Origin: Catajapyx aquilonaris
Taxonomy: Eukaryota
DNA length: 61,162 nucleotides
Assembly (NCBI GenBank): GCA_000934665.2
Contig: KZ538110.1
Location: 62,001 to 123,162, forward strand
Reading direction: 5' to 3'
Part shown: in pieces, positions 1 through 13,281 of the stretch
Layout of the letters: every line of letters starts with the position of its first letter
Numbering within the stretch: the stretch's first letter is position 1
Position numbers and translations under genes: made by a program
Notes under the pieces: model-generated
Told to the model about the DNA's origin: nothing
What the model saw: only the letters and a program-made list of their open reading frames with translations
Databases searched by the model: none

Positions 1-3000
1 CCCTACCGAGTGTAAATAGTGTCTACATAGGGAGCAATGAAGAATTCCATGTGGAAAGCAGTATAAATTGACCTAACACATTGCCAATCCAAAAGCTCCC
101 ATTTGCAAGTAACCTGCAGCAATTCTTGACAATTTTTCACAGACTTCGAACCATCTGAGTGATGGATTGCTTTTGGTGATAATTATATTGTTAGCTCTCA
201 CGACATTGAGAAAGGTATGTCAAATTCAGTGCAGTAATTCCTTATGCATCCTGAGCATCGGAATGCCTCCCAAATATTTCGTGAGACTGGCCTGCCATTA
301 CTGAAGAACATGGGCCAACATGTCGAATGCATGTCATTAATATTATTAATATGGTTCACTCTGATGTAAGGCACGCTCTACTTGTTCTAAGATGATTTAT
401 GACTGTATAGATGTCAGTCTAAAGCCCTCCAACTCCTAAGCGACCTTCTTCAGTATAGGATGAATATAAACACTGGCTATTTGTTGAACCCTTCGACCCA
501 ACTGCTGCTCAGCCATCTCAGGCTAATATAATTTACACGAATTCTTAGTCTGTTGGCATCGGACAGCGGAGGAAAGCACAGTATGCGAAAAGTCCGACCA
601 TTCCCTGTCCAGTGCCTGTCTCATCTTCATAGCACGCCAACTCCCTACCATCCAATGCAATTTATTTATAATAATCTATTTATAATAAAAGATTTTTCTA
701 CTAATCACGCTCCTTCATCTTCAAATAAATTGAAGGGGAATTATGATAGAGGCAAGGTGAACCTTTCTCTGAGATTGCCAGATCAAAGCAATAGTTGTGT
801 ATTGGGTGTAGGGAGGAATGCAGGAGAAGCACTGTGACTTGGGCTTTGCAGAATACTAAGATCAGGGTCGCTATGGATCATACATCTCAGTGTGAACATA
901 ACCAATGATTTTAAATGGGCAGAAGTGTGAAATTGAATAAGAAAAATCTAAAGTTACTCGAGCCCCTAACTATCACTAGTAAATAAAATTCGGGACTCTG
1001 TCAAAATCATAAATATTCTGACTGAGCATCACACAGCACATATGGAGCGCAATCTGAAAATGCACAAGGACCATGGCAAAAATGACATGCTAAAAGTATG
1101 CACTGTGTGCTAAACTTGAGGCTAAACATGTGCATGGCCAAAATCTGGCATATCTTGGAATGTTACTTGGAAGTGTTCAAGCCCCAACTTTTATGCATCT
1201 AACCACTTTGCCCTCCGAACCACCTGTAAATTGTCAGCATGGTGCTAAACATTTTCATCAGAATTTTATGGCAAGCAAGGAAGTTTAGCAGTCTTTACAT
1301 TCCACGGTTATTGCAATTTTGCATCAAATAACATATAGGAACTGAACAGGGGCTACCATAACAATGCTGGAAACACCACAGAGCATCCCTAGAACATTAC
1401 AATATCTTTCCAAGGCAAAATAATCATAAGGAAAAAAAGGGACAGGAGGTGTTAAGGGTTTAGATCAAATCAAAGGGGGCAGCATCTGAAAACGATCTGG
1501 AACCACTTCTATATTACACATGGAAATGGCCCCAAGCACCAGAGCTATCACTAAATTGCTCTTCCAGCAGTTCTACAAGCCAATGAAGCCACGCTAATCA
1601 GGATCAACACATCCTACATGTTTGCGAACGGTGTCAGTCAACATGTCCACATGTTGGAATGGCAATGTCCTGCTTGTAAAACACAAGATGCTTTCCAGTA
1701 ATGAGCTGAAAATGTGCATGGTGTATGTCACAATCCATCCATGTGTGACTTGCACATGTTGTGCTCATCAGTGTACTGTTTTGATCCCCATGCACTTGTC
1801 AATGTTAGGCAGTATTTAAAACAATTGGTAGTAGTTGAGATCTTAAAGTCACAAGTACTTACAACCCATAGGCACATTACTTTAATCTATGTATTTTGTT
1901 TTTTAAGTCAACATCTGGACAACTGGTTGAGGGAAGAAATGTAAGCCAGCATTAGGCTGTCTTGATTCATGCGTCAAAAGTGCTCAAAATTATCTACCAG
2001 TTCCAGTTGGTTCTTTTCTGACCTTGCAACTTTGCATTCACTAAATTGTGGTTGCCATAGCCTGAAGACTGCACTGTTGCACCTTTTGCAAAATATTGCA
2101 AGCTCTCTATCAGTTCATTCTCCAGGTACTTTTAACCTTATGCCATCTAACACTTGCAGCCAATCTAAATCTCACAGACTCTGCTAACAATTGGCTTAAA
2201 ATTTGAATACCCTTAGCTTAGAAATCTGGTTTGAACTCATTGCAAACACATATGCTGTGCTCACTTGGTAACGTCCCATTTCTATAACCAACTCTGGATT
2301 GTGGCTAAGGCTTGGCAATATTTTTTGTACAATGCTGTACAAAATGCCACGCATATGGCATCCATGTTCAATAAAAAATATATCCAAAGTCGACTATTTA
2401 TTTTATTTTATGTTCCAGACTCCTCCCTCTTTACATGGTATAAAGTATTTACAGGCTTTACACACCATCAAACACTATTAAAACACTACCTCCATCAAAA
2501 TAGTTTTGCAAATGTGCTCTGAAAATAATTATGCCAGAAATATTTTCTGCAGACAATCTTCCAAGATACATACACTGAACAGCTCAGTTTGTGAGCCAAT
2601 CTCTCACGTTGCAGCATTCTCAGAAAAAAAAATTGTCACATTCTCACACTGGTTCACAAACTCGATGCCACTGTTGCTCCATTCTCAGTATCCTTTGTTT
2701 GTAACAGAATTAGCAAACGACATCCTGTGTGCATGGAAAAATGGTCACTTCGTGGGATAACTTTGATCTATCAAGTTCTTCTTCACTTGTCATGTCCAGC
2801 TGCACCTTCACTGGCAGCCAGCACAAACTTCTCAGCAGCAGTTAGCCAGGAATCATGATACATGATGAAGCTATTATTACTATATTAATTACATAAATGA
2901 TCAGGAAATCATTCATCTTATACCATAAGCCCAGTGCAAGTTCTAGACCATAACAAACAGGATCCAACAAGTGAGTGATTCAGCCAACAATCATGTGAAT

Positions 3001-4008
3001 GTTAACAATTCACTGTAGTGTGTCATTGGAGTTGCAGTGTGATGACTGTCAAACAGTGTAACACAGCATGTGCAGTTATGCCCAGTCAATATTTATCAGC
3101 TTCTTCCATGTATGAAATTACTGCTTCACACACATTTCACGTGTTTACATAGATTCACAGCAACTATTGCCTGTTTTAAACTTGATATGAGGGGTCTGAA
3201 ATAAAAAACCTCTCAATAATAAATGAATGGCATGCTTTCCCATCAGAGTTACACCTTAGTATCATTGTGATTATAGTGTTTGCAGTACTTATAGAGAAAG
3301 CCACAACAGCAAAATGGTACCAGGATAATAATTATGTTATTGCAAGACAGCTGACCTAGTTTTAGTCACAGGGCAAGTCACTTGGATATTTTTCTGTACA
3401 GTGCAGTGGACAACGAATTTAAGGCAGAATGGCCATGGTTTTCATGGAATTATATCTTTATCTTAGAAGTCCAGTCAGACTACTTCGTAAATCCAGGCTA
3501 GTGAACTAGTGAACTCATTGCCAGACCAAGGCAAAACTGATAACACTGCAACAAAAGGACATGGGTTAACTCCTTATGCAAAAGTTGCGCCGTTGGATTT
3601 GGCTGAAACTTGGTCAGTTGATGGACCTTGACCTCAGGGTCAATTGTTCTGAAGGCCGAAGAAAATCTACCATGCTGTTTGGCCGCTAGAGACACTCAAA
3701 GTCGGACTTTCAGGTGGCTCCTATCGGGCTAATTTTCATGTATGTTGTAGAGTTTCATGAGCTGAGTCGAATGAGCCACGTGTCGATTTTCTGCGACACA
3801 CCATTTGGCGGCTACATGCATAACCGAGTTCAACGACGGATCTTGCACCTACCGTATCTACTGTAGCCTATAGTACTGGAATTGTAAGTGCAATATAACA
3901 ATAACTGCCAAATGGTTGGTCATAGGAAATCTTATTCCAGTAATTCAATATAGCGTGGGATTTAAGTAGCGTATTTAGGATATTTCTGTTAGTGCTAACT
4001 CAACTATA

Positions 4009-4435
4009 CAGGGTGTTCATGAAAAACACCGACAAACCTATACTACCCCCTACCTAGGCACCAGAGGATCACATTATGTAGACGAGTGATTATGCCTGGA
4101 CCGCCTCATTACCGCGCAAAAGCTGGTAGTATAAAATATCCTGGAAGTTAGGCCACCCAATGAACCCTCCCCCAGTCAGAAGGAGTGATTAGACAAAAAT
4201 CGCATCGCTGTTCTGGAGCAGCTAGAATAATCGCCATTGGCGAATTTTTCTGCAGCACATTTTTGGTTTTCACGTGGATACCCCCTAACGATGCCTTGAT
4301 ACGGGTCCTACAGTAATAGTCAATTATCTCAGTAATGAGGCGGTCCAGGCATAATCACTCCTCTACATAATGTGATCCTCTGGTGCCTAGGTAGGGGGTG
4401 GTATAGGTTTGTCAGTGTTTTTCATGAACAGCCTG
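4009..4435. mobile_element. Mariner-like MITE with ~100-bp TIRs
   Basis: CAGGGTGTTCATGAAAAACAC... at both ends in inverted orientation, TA flanks; second copy at 10206-10641. Confidence 0.88.
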
Positions 4436-5246
4436 TACATAAATTCTTGTAAGTCCCAAATGACATACCTTTGTTATATTGGTATTAGCCTACAACTTGC
4501 TATGTAGTAACAACAATGATGACATCATTTGGACTTTAAAAAATAAGAGCATACAAAAGTGACAAAAGCCATAACTGCAATAAATAGTTTTGTCATTTTC
4601 AAAGTAATTAAAGGCAACAAATGTATGCAGATACATAAAAAGGGCCCTTCCGTAAGCTAGCCCTCAGCTAGTTACAACGTCTGTCTTTGATACTGTGTTG
4701 CAGCATACAAAATAAATAAAATGCACATGCAGTGTTACACTTCACACTATGTTCTCAACCAGAAGATATTAAGTAGTAGAAAGCAGAGCCTCTCATGGCA
4801 CTTCATGGCATGGAGACACATTGGCAGTGATCAGGCTTTCCATTAATTTCGTTGAATTGAGACAACAGACATGGAATGGAATGACACGAGGCCAGAACAG
4901 CAGCAAAGGGAATGGTCTCCCAAAAGTGGCTGGAACTGCTCAGATATCAGGGTGAAGTCCAAGAAGTCGGATTTCACCAGCCAATGATTATTATAAATCA
5001 ACTAACTGTCGATGAAACTTTACAACTTTCCAGTAGTTGTCCATTTGTTAGAGCCTTGTGCTTTTGTAATGATTTATATACAAACTGTCACCTTATAATA
5101 ATTCCACCGTTACACTTGCACTTACACCCAACTTTGTGATTACCATTACCATAAAACAAATTCATGTGACAAAAAGATAAACATCTCAAGTTATGTTCTG
5201 GCAGTACCACGTAGCATTTTGAAAGAATAAATTCTCCATCTGCATA

Positions 5247-6006
5247 CCGTATTACCTCACTTAAAGCGGCATGGCGGTGTAGTCGAGGTCGTCCAGTTTT
5301 TAGAAATGCACGATTTGGTGGCTATACCGGCATGCCGGTCTAAGCGAGGAATGCCGGTATAAGTCTAGGTTTTCTTAAGCACAGCATTATCACGACCTCT
5401 GTGAAAATTATCATTACTCAAATGAATTCATTACACCAAGTTCTACGGTGCACATACAGCCCAGGACACTTATATTGCCTGATACATCCCATACGATAGT
5501 CCATTAATTTCTTTCACAGCAACATTTTCAATGAGAGGGCAAGGCTGCAAGAAGGGAAGCACACCTACCAGGATATTTCATACATTGGGTTTGGATTTTA
5601 TCTGAGTAACGAGGCTTCGCAGACAAATTGATACCACTACACAAATTGATCTGATTGCCAACAAGATCTGTGACCAGCGAACAAGTGAGAAAAACAAAGG
5701 ACTGAAGGAATTTGCCTGGATCCTTTGCAATGTTTAGGGGAGTTCCCCTCTTAGAGCAGGCCGAATGTGGAATTGGTCACAGATGAACTTACATATTCTC
5801 ACAGCCCTGTAGCCTGTACTCGAACATTTTTAATCTTAACATTATTTTAGTAGACGACAGTACCAGATGCATTCCAAAAAATTCGACAAGACAGTATCAA
5901 AATGATGGAAATCTACCTCGGTTATTGCGGCATGCCGGCCACCCCCAGGTTATACCGGAATGCTGGTCGACCTCGTTTGATACCAGCTTTAAGTGAGGTA
6001 ATACGG
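5247..6006. mobile_element. pogo/Tc2-like MITE
   Basis: TIR CCGTATTACCTCACTTAAAGC / GCTTTAAGTGAGGTAATACGG, TA flanks, subterminal CCGGCATGCCGG-type repeats. Confidence 0.85.
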
Positions 6007-7456
6007 TATCATAGTATGACCATACAAACTTGCTCGTGGCTAATGGCACAACTTGGAAGGGAGCTATACCAGGTGATCAACAATCAACTCTCCAAGCAGT
6101 ACCCTGGAACAAATTTCAAAAATTAATAATAAATAATATAGCCAATGTAAAATTTAACCCTTAATTTACATACAGTAAATTATTATACTCTCAACTAATT
6201 GAATGTAATTGTTAATACAATGCTTGCAAAAAAATCACATTACTGTAATCTTTTTAAATATTCATTGTACCACAACATGGGCATTTCTTGGGCAACTTCC
6301 CACTTTGTAATTCACAAACTTTCCACAGGCTATCTGAGCATGACATGTGTTTTATCCTAAACTTTCCAAGTTTCATAAATTCTTTACTATTTCACACAAT
6401 TCACATGATAATTTTACCAAGCAAGCCAGTCTGGCTCAAAATTACAATGAGAAAATTGTTTCATTGATGCATGCCACTTCCTTTGAAGGTAATAGTGCAA
6501 CATGTAAGTGCCCTTCTGAAATTTTCTGGTATAGGAGGTGTAGTGCCAACTAGATATATTTTTTATAACATCAAAGTATAAAATCATATCTGAAATATTG
6601 ACCACTCTTCAGATAACCAGCCCATAGTTTTAACTTCAGTTGTCATCTTAATTCAATAAACAGTTACCTCACATATCAATGTCATTGTACAGGTTGGCAC
6701 ACACATGGTAAGTGGTTCTAGGAAATGTAAAGCACAGTTCCATTTTAAAACTATACAAGACTTGCTCGGCACATGAGATGGAAGACATGTCTGTCTTCAT
6801 GGGTACAATGGCAAATAAAACATTAGTCAACACTCCATATTATGTACTGTACATGGTTCTGGTCTCATATGCCAGCAATGTTCTTCCATGTGTACTTGAC
6901 CATATTATTTCGTGTAAGTAGATCTACCAGGAGTTAACCAATTGCATGCAGATGCTCACAAACTCACACTAGTTAACCACAGGTGTCTAGGCCTAGGATG
7001 CTAGGAATCACATGTGACTCAGTGAAAAAAGTTGAATATCTGTAGTGCAGAATAATCAGAGTCACATTTGACTTATTTGGACATCTGAGAGTTTGAAGTT
7101 TCAAAATTGCATTATCCTTTATGGAATAAATTTATTTGATTATTATCTCTAGGGGACTGTAATGGCTCAAATAGTCAACTGATTTAACTATCAGCTACAG
7201 TATCTGAAACAGTAACTGTCCAAAGTCCAGCCCAGAATGACATTAGCTCATCTGTTGTCTGAAACTTGGTTGTGTATATTATTAACCACCACTACCTACG
7301 CACTTCACCTTTTCACATTTTGTGCAGTTTCCAACTAAATTTCTCTCTCCCCCCTTCCCCATCCTCAACTTCCTTCTCCCCATAATTGTACCTTCCCCTC
7401 AGAACCTCCAGTGTTTTGATTCCTCTGGTGTTAACCAGGACCTCTTAAATAGGTAA

Positions 7457-7521
7457 GGGGTCGTCCATATACCACGTGACCGTTTTGGGGTCACGTGGTC
7501 ACGTGGTATATGGAAGACCCC
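7457..7521. mobile_element. 65-bp PIF/Harbinger (Tourist-like) mini-MITE
   Basis: GGGGTCGTCCATATACCACGTGACC / GGTCACGTGGTATATGGAAGACCCC with TAA on both sides. Confidence 0.75.
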
Positions 7522-8165
7522 TAATGGCTTGCATGAATAATGGAAAATACTCGTACAACACAAGCTTAACCTCCAAACAGCTATGGCAACCCTGTAACAG
7601 TAGTAACACACTAGGCACTTCCTGAGCACGTAGGGTATATTTCACATAGACTGGAAATAACTGACCCCAAACCTCAGCACTGACAGAAATGCCTTTCCTC
7701 CCACATGTTGACTGCTAGGTCTTCCTTTTCAACTAAATGCAATACACCACAGTATTTTCAATGTCACACATCAACCTTCTTATCCTCCTGAGACCCGAGC
7801 AGAATTGACTAACACAATGTCAGTTCATAGTGCATTTTCTGAACATTTTCCCAATAAGGAATGATAAAATTTTTAAAGTTCTAAAATATTGACAATAATC
7901 AGGACAAACAACTAATGAGAACATTAGGAGCCAATTACTGCTACAATGGCAGAATTGATGAAAGCTGAAAATTTAAATGCCACTCAATTGATCACTAACA
8001 TAGTGCTCTATCCTCAAAACAATGTTTTTTAAATTCATTTGTGGAATTCATGGTAGCAATTCCTCTCAGAAGACAATTAAAGATAAATGAAATTATTTTT
8101 GAATGCCACCACTCCAGGACAGGGGCTTGCTCCTGCCCTTCTTACCCTCTAGCATGGTACACCCA

Positions 8166-8364
8166 CGAGCATAAAGATGGAGACGGCAGGCCCTCACCTT
8201 CGGCAGGCTGCTCTGTCAATCTCAGCAATTATGGTATCAAACATACTGTCATAAATACACGAACACCTGCCTGAAGCGGCAAACTCAGTCCAAAAAGCGT
8301 TCATTAATTTGAGTCGGATAAAGAAAGGTCAAAAAAGGGCCTGCCGGCTCCATCTTGATGCTCG
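8166..8364. repeat. Inverted repeat, probable MITE remnant
   Basis: CGAGCATAAAGATGGAGACGGCAGGCCCT pairs with AGGGCCTGCCGGCTCCATCTTGATGCTCG. Confidence 0.55.
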
Positions 8365-9251
8365 CGGCCCTCGGGGGTACCTCGCTATTCTAGATTTTAA
8401 AACTGAACTGTATAGCGCAAAGCATACTTCCTTATGGGTGTACAGGTACAGGCATTTAAAGAAAAGTCACAGCCCATTCAGCTAAAAAAAAATTTTTTTT
8501 GGATGTCCTGCATGTCCCTTTAAATGGGCATTTGGTCTCAGGAAGAAAAGAAATTTACCAGTTCTCTACAGCAACAAAGATTGTCACAGACACATCTTTT
8601 AGTACTTCCTAATACACATTCCTTGCGAATCCCAGGGCATTCACTGCATTGTGAAAATCGCACTCTAAATATGAGTAAAAAAAATATAACTGATCAGATA
8701 AACTCATCAGAAAACGGCAGCAGCCATCAATCGATACTTTGCCCTACAACCATCTGGTGGAAGGAGATATCAACGTGAAAATGAGCGATAGTGTAACCTT
8801 TGAGTTCCGAAATCAAACAAGTGGCGGCGGGCAGTACTCTGTCCATTCCTTGAGCAGTAAATTTTTTTAAAGTCGCGTATCCTATAGGATTCACCAGGTC
8901 TGAAGAGGTAATACTGTTATTCTCAAAACTATCCATCTCAATTTTAATCATGCACCCTTCTTGAAATTTGCACCTACAGATGCTGCTGACGTTATTCCAG
9001 TTTTTGTTAACATTCACAAAATTGCATGTGCAAGTGTAATGGATAAAATTAATTAATCTCCTTTCATAACCCAACCAGCAGCAACAAGCTTGCAATTCTT
9101 ATGGTGTGGGGCACTATTGTCCATATTGAGGAAGCAGTTGTAATTATACAATGCAACAATACTGAACTTAACGGAAGTAATTACCTGATATAGAGGAAGT
9201 TTCACCAGGGATGAAACAATAACCTGAATGCTTAAGTAAAATTCTTTGAGG

Positions 9252-9590
9252 AGGGCGGAGTGGTGCTGCGGTAACGTTCTATGCGCCCATGGATATGAGA
9301 GTCCTGGGTTCGATCCCCAGCCCGGGCTCTTCCCCCTTTATCTCGTGCAGAGTTGGGTCGTCTCTGGCTACGCCTAGGGTGGTGATCCTTGACATAAACC
9401 ACCCGGGGGAGCTCACAAAATGTACCCATATTAGTCATTCGCACTGCACTTTGCACATCCCCTCCTAGTTACCCTGCCCGTGGGCCCGGGCACTTCATAC
9501 AAGGCACCATATTGAACTACATCAATATCGCCTGGGGCAATTAGTCCCCCCTGAATACCCCATAAGGGGTGGCAAGGGGTATCACAAAAA
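9252..9590 (+). mobile_element. tRNA-derived SINE family B
   Basis: Head GGAGTGGTGCTGCGGTAACG..GGTTCGATCCC and body CGTGCAGAGTT..CCGGGGGAGCTCACAAAA, shared with 26002-26348 and 49894-50232. Confidence 0.8.
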
Positions 9591-10205
9591 AAAAGAAGTC
9601 CTTCTCAAAAAATTGTTCCTAAAAATAAGAGCCAGTAGTGCAGCAACACCTGGACAACTTAGGACAGTCTTAGATATTTGACAGGAATACAAGTCAGAGC
9701 GAACATTTCAATCACCATGTGGGCTTGCAAGAGAGGTCCACTAAGTCCAAAATACCAAATTCGAGATAATCCAACCCAAAGCTTTGACCTTGCACTTGTT
9801 CACATCCTCATTAAAGAGCTGCAATTCATCATAAATTACTTTCAATTTAGTTTATTGCCTGCCATTGGTATCTTGCTCCTCAATAATTATCACATTACAA
9901 TAATTTTCATCAGGTAAACAAGGTAAAACTGCCTGTGCCTGAGATTCACTTTGAAAAACCTAAAGCCAAAATGCAGAATCCATTATTTCATCCCTACTTA
10001 TTTCCTAAGGAGCAACCACAGGCTACATGAGTCATCAATTATTGTTCCATCACTATGTACTACATATTTTCCATATGCTCCCAAAATGTGACATGTCCTC
10101 AAATAACCAACATTCATGATGAGCATATACATTACAGCTTGTATCATAAGACCAAGCAAGCACATAAAACCATTCTACATGGCCTAAAATGAATTCCTGT
10201 ATATA

Positions 10206-10641
10206 CAGGGTGTTCATGAAAAACTCAGACACACCTATACCACCCCCTACCTAGGCACCAGAGGATCACGTTATGTAGAGGAGTGATTATGTCTACACCG
10301 CCTCATTACGGAGATAATTGACTCGTTGCTGATTAGCGATTTTTGCCTAATCGCTCCTTCTGACTTTTAAATAGAATTTACAGGTGTAACTAGGCACAGA
10401 GGCCTTACCACCTGTGGGCAACCAACCAACAAAGTCTGGCCCCCAGACCTTCCAGACCCTTCTGACTGGGGAAGGGTTCGTTGGGTGGCCTAACTTCCAG
10501 GATATTTTATACTACCTGTTTGAAGGCAATTTGCGTGGTAATGAGGCGGCCCAGGAATAATCACTCATCTACATAATGTGATCGTCTGGTCCCTAGGTAG
10601 GGGGTGGTATAGGTGTGTCGGTGTTTTTCATGAACACCCTG
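10206..10641. mobile_element. Mariner-like MITE (same family as 4009-4435, opposite orientation)
   Basis: Same TIRs and TA flanks; the interior matches the reverse complement of the first copy plus a 92-bp insert. Confidence 0.88.
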
Positions 10642-11281
10642 TATAGACAAAACCAAAAAAAGGATGCGCGGCCTATTGAGTAAGATTTAAAAAATATCAT
10701 AATTGCACCAGTTGACACAAAGTGTAACGATACAAATAACCAAACCATATTATGTGTGTCACTCATATAATCCATATGGTGTTATTTGTGCAGAGTACCA
10801 AATAACCATCAACAATTTATTGCGACAGAATGTACAGCTGCAATAAGTTTTCTACAAATGCTCAAACTACATTTCCACTTCAGCACAAATGCATCTGCTA
10901 GGACTATTCAAAAAATGGTTGCTCTGCATGATGATGCTACTTGTTCGAGCATTTTTGAAAAGGCCATTTGTAGATCCCTCACTTGACATTGCAGCAGGAT
11001 TTCAGATGAAGGCAAAAGTATAGTTTTCTCACATTCCAACAAAATAGATATATACATGCCTTTAAGGCTAACAAGATTGAATTGCAACAGCAGATAATTC
11101 AACATTTGCAATAAATGTGCAACATTATCCTCCTTCCATATAAAAGAACCATTTCATAATATAATAGTGATTAAGGAAGAGGCCCGAGTAGTTCACAATC
11201 AGCATTCCTTGAGCTGAAATTGTATCCAAAGTAATGTGTTCCAAGACATAAAACATAGTAAAGTAAAAATCTTATGCTGTA

Positions 11282-12593
11282 CAGTACCCTGCATTAATGG
11301 CTATTCACAGACATCGCTACCTGGAGGAAATAAGTGGCGGTGGCTGTGTCCAAAATACTGAGACAGTTCAGGATATCGCGGTGGATTCAAACGCTTGCTA
11401 CCAAGATGGATCATGGATATAATTAGCTGTGGGATGGATTATAAGGCCATTGCAATTCCTATATCAATGCACTGAGGTTGTGAACCAGTTATTACAAGGA
11501 CCACTTGTATTGTTATTTCATGTTAATGTGCTGCTGGATAGGGGACTTTTTGGAGTGCGTGTAAACAGCATCACTCTTCTCTCATCATTTTGCTTTTCAA
11601 TTCAGAAGTTATCTACAAGGAAGGGGTAGGATCTGCTGGGCTTGACAAGAATGTCATCCATTGCCAATCATTAGTCAGAGTCATACGGGAGTCTCTCGAA
11701 TAACAGTTGTCGCCTATACCCAATCTTTTTGCACTACATGACTTGCTTCGTTTTACTACAGTGTTTTAAAAACTCCTGAATGTAACAGTGAAATGATAAG
11801 AGAAGAGTGACGCGCATTCCCAAAAGTCCCCTATACAGCCGCACATTAACAAGAGACAATAATATTACAAATAAAGTAATACACATTCTCATGGTCTGTG
11901 TGATAACTGGTTCACAACTTCAGTGCATTGAGAGGAATCACAATGGTTTTATAATCCATCCCATAGATACATATGATATATCTATGAATGATCCACCAAA
12001 GCAGGTTGGTGGAGTGGATAAGGCGTCTGACTACTAATCGGGAGGTCCTGAGTTCGAGTCCCGGGGCCGGCGATCCTGACCGTGGTTTTCTGTGGTTTCC
12101 CACGGTCCTCCCAGGAAAATTCCGGGGTCACTGCCGTAAATAATATGCCCCCTTCTTTTCCTATCCTTGACCCATCCATGGGGAGGTGCGGTGTCGGTGG
12201 TGGGTTTCTGACTCACACCTAGGGGGGTTGTCTTGCAACCTGACCCCCACATAAAGACAACGCACTTGCACCAGTGTCCCCTCCTCACAAATCCCTATCC
12301 TGATCCCTGCATCGCAGAGAAAAATGCAAAAGAAAATTATGAAGAAAAAATGGTGGTAATCCACCCCCCTTGCGTTTCCTCCAATGGGGTAAAAAATAAT
12401 AAAATAATAAAAATAAAAATAATTAATAAATTATAAAAAAACATATCTATGATCCATCGTTGTAGCAAGCGTTTGAATCCACCGCGATGTCTTTAGCGGT
12501 CTCGTAAGCAGTCCAAGCATTTTGGACGCAGCCGCAGTCTCTTATTTCCAACAGGTGGCGATGTCTGTGAATGGCCATTAATGCAGGGTAGTG
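11282..12593. mobile_element. Palindromic TA-flanked MITE (~310-bp arms), right arm interrupted by a SINE
   Basis: 11282-11590 pairs with 11791-11995 plus 12443-12593; TA flanks. Confidence 0.82.
11996..12442 (+). mobile_element. tRNA-derived SINE, family C head with family E-type 3' half
   Basis: Head GGTGGAGTGGATA..GTTCGAGTCCC, core GGTTTTCTGTGGTTTCCC; A-rich tail; TSD ~ATATCTATGA at 11978 and 12443. Confidence 0.82.
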
Positions 12594-13281
12594 TACAGTT
12601 GTCAGTTGACCTCTGCATAGATGCAGGAGCCCATTCCTAGCCTTAGTCATGTGGGCCATATGACCATGTGACTACTACTCCCTGATTATTATTGGCAATT
12701 TACGGTAGTCTCTGGCAGATTATTCGGTTTCAAAAATTCTACCCCAATAAAAGTAACAAATTCTGGAAATTCCATTACTGAAAGAGACTGATAAGAATTC
12801 TTCCTCAAATGTGTGTGGTTGGTTAACCCAGTGGCAGGCCCTAATGAGCAGGTCACAAATAATCTGAGGTGGACAACTCCTGTCACATTCCAATAAATGT
12901 CTATCCTTTCCAATACTGCACATCTATTGGACATCGATCATATTATTGAATTGCACATGAGATGCCAGAAGGCAATTTCAAATCAAGACACACCCCTCAT
13001 AAACCAATTGCTAGACACCATGGCAAGCTGTATTTAGCTCAGTAGCAGTCTACCAAGATTTACAATAATTACTATATCCATACTTTCTAAAATCAATTTA
13101 CTTATGTCCTAAAGCACTCAGTCTTTGGATAACTGATTTCAGCCTAAGGAAACTACTTGTGGGCAGTTCAGGCAACTCCTACACATGGCCCCCTTGTTGG
13201 AGCAGGTCATGTTTGCTCTCCTGGTGGAAACTCTTACCTCAACAGAGTAAAATTTTCACCAGTGCACAAGTGTACCAGTCA

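Noticed and set aside
301..340. CTGAAGA-ACATG..CATGT-CGAAT, hammerhead-like
   Set aside because: GAAA is broken (GAAT) and stems I and III do not form convincingly.
1600..2800. Short ORFs suggesting a degraded transposase
   Set aside because: No motif I could assign with confidence; all frames are interrupted.
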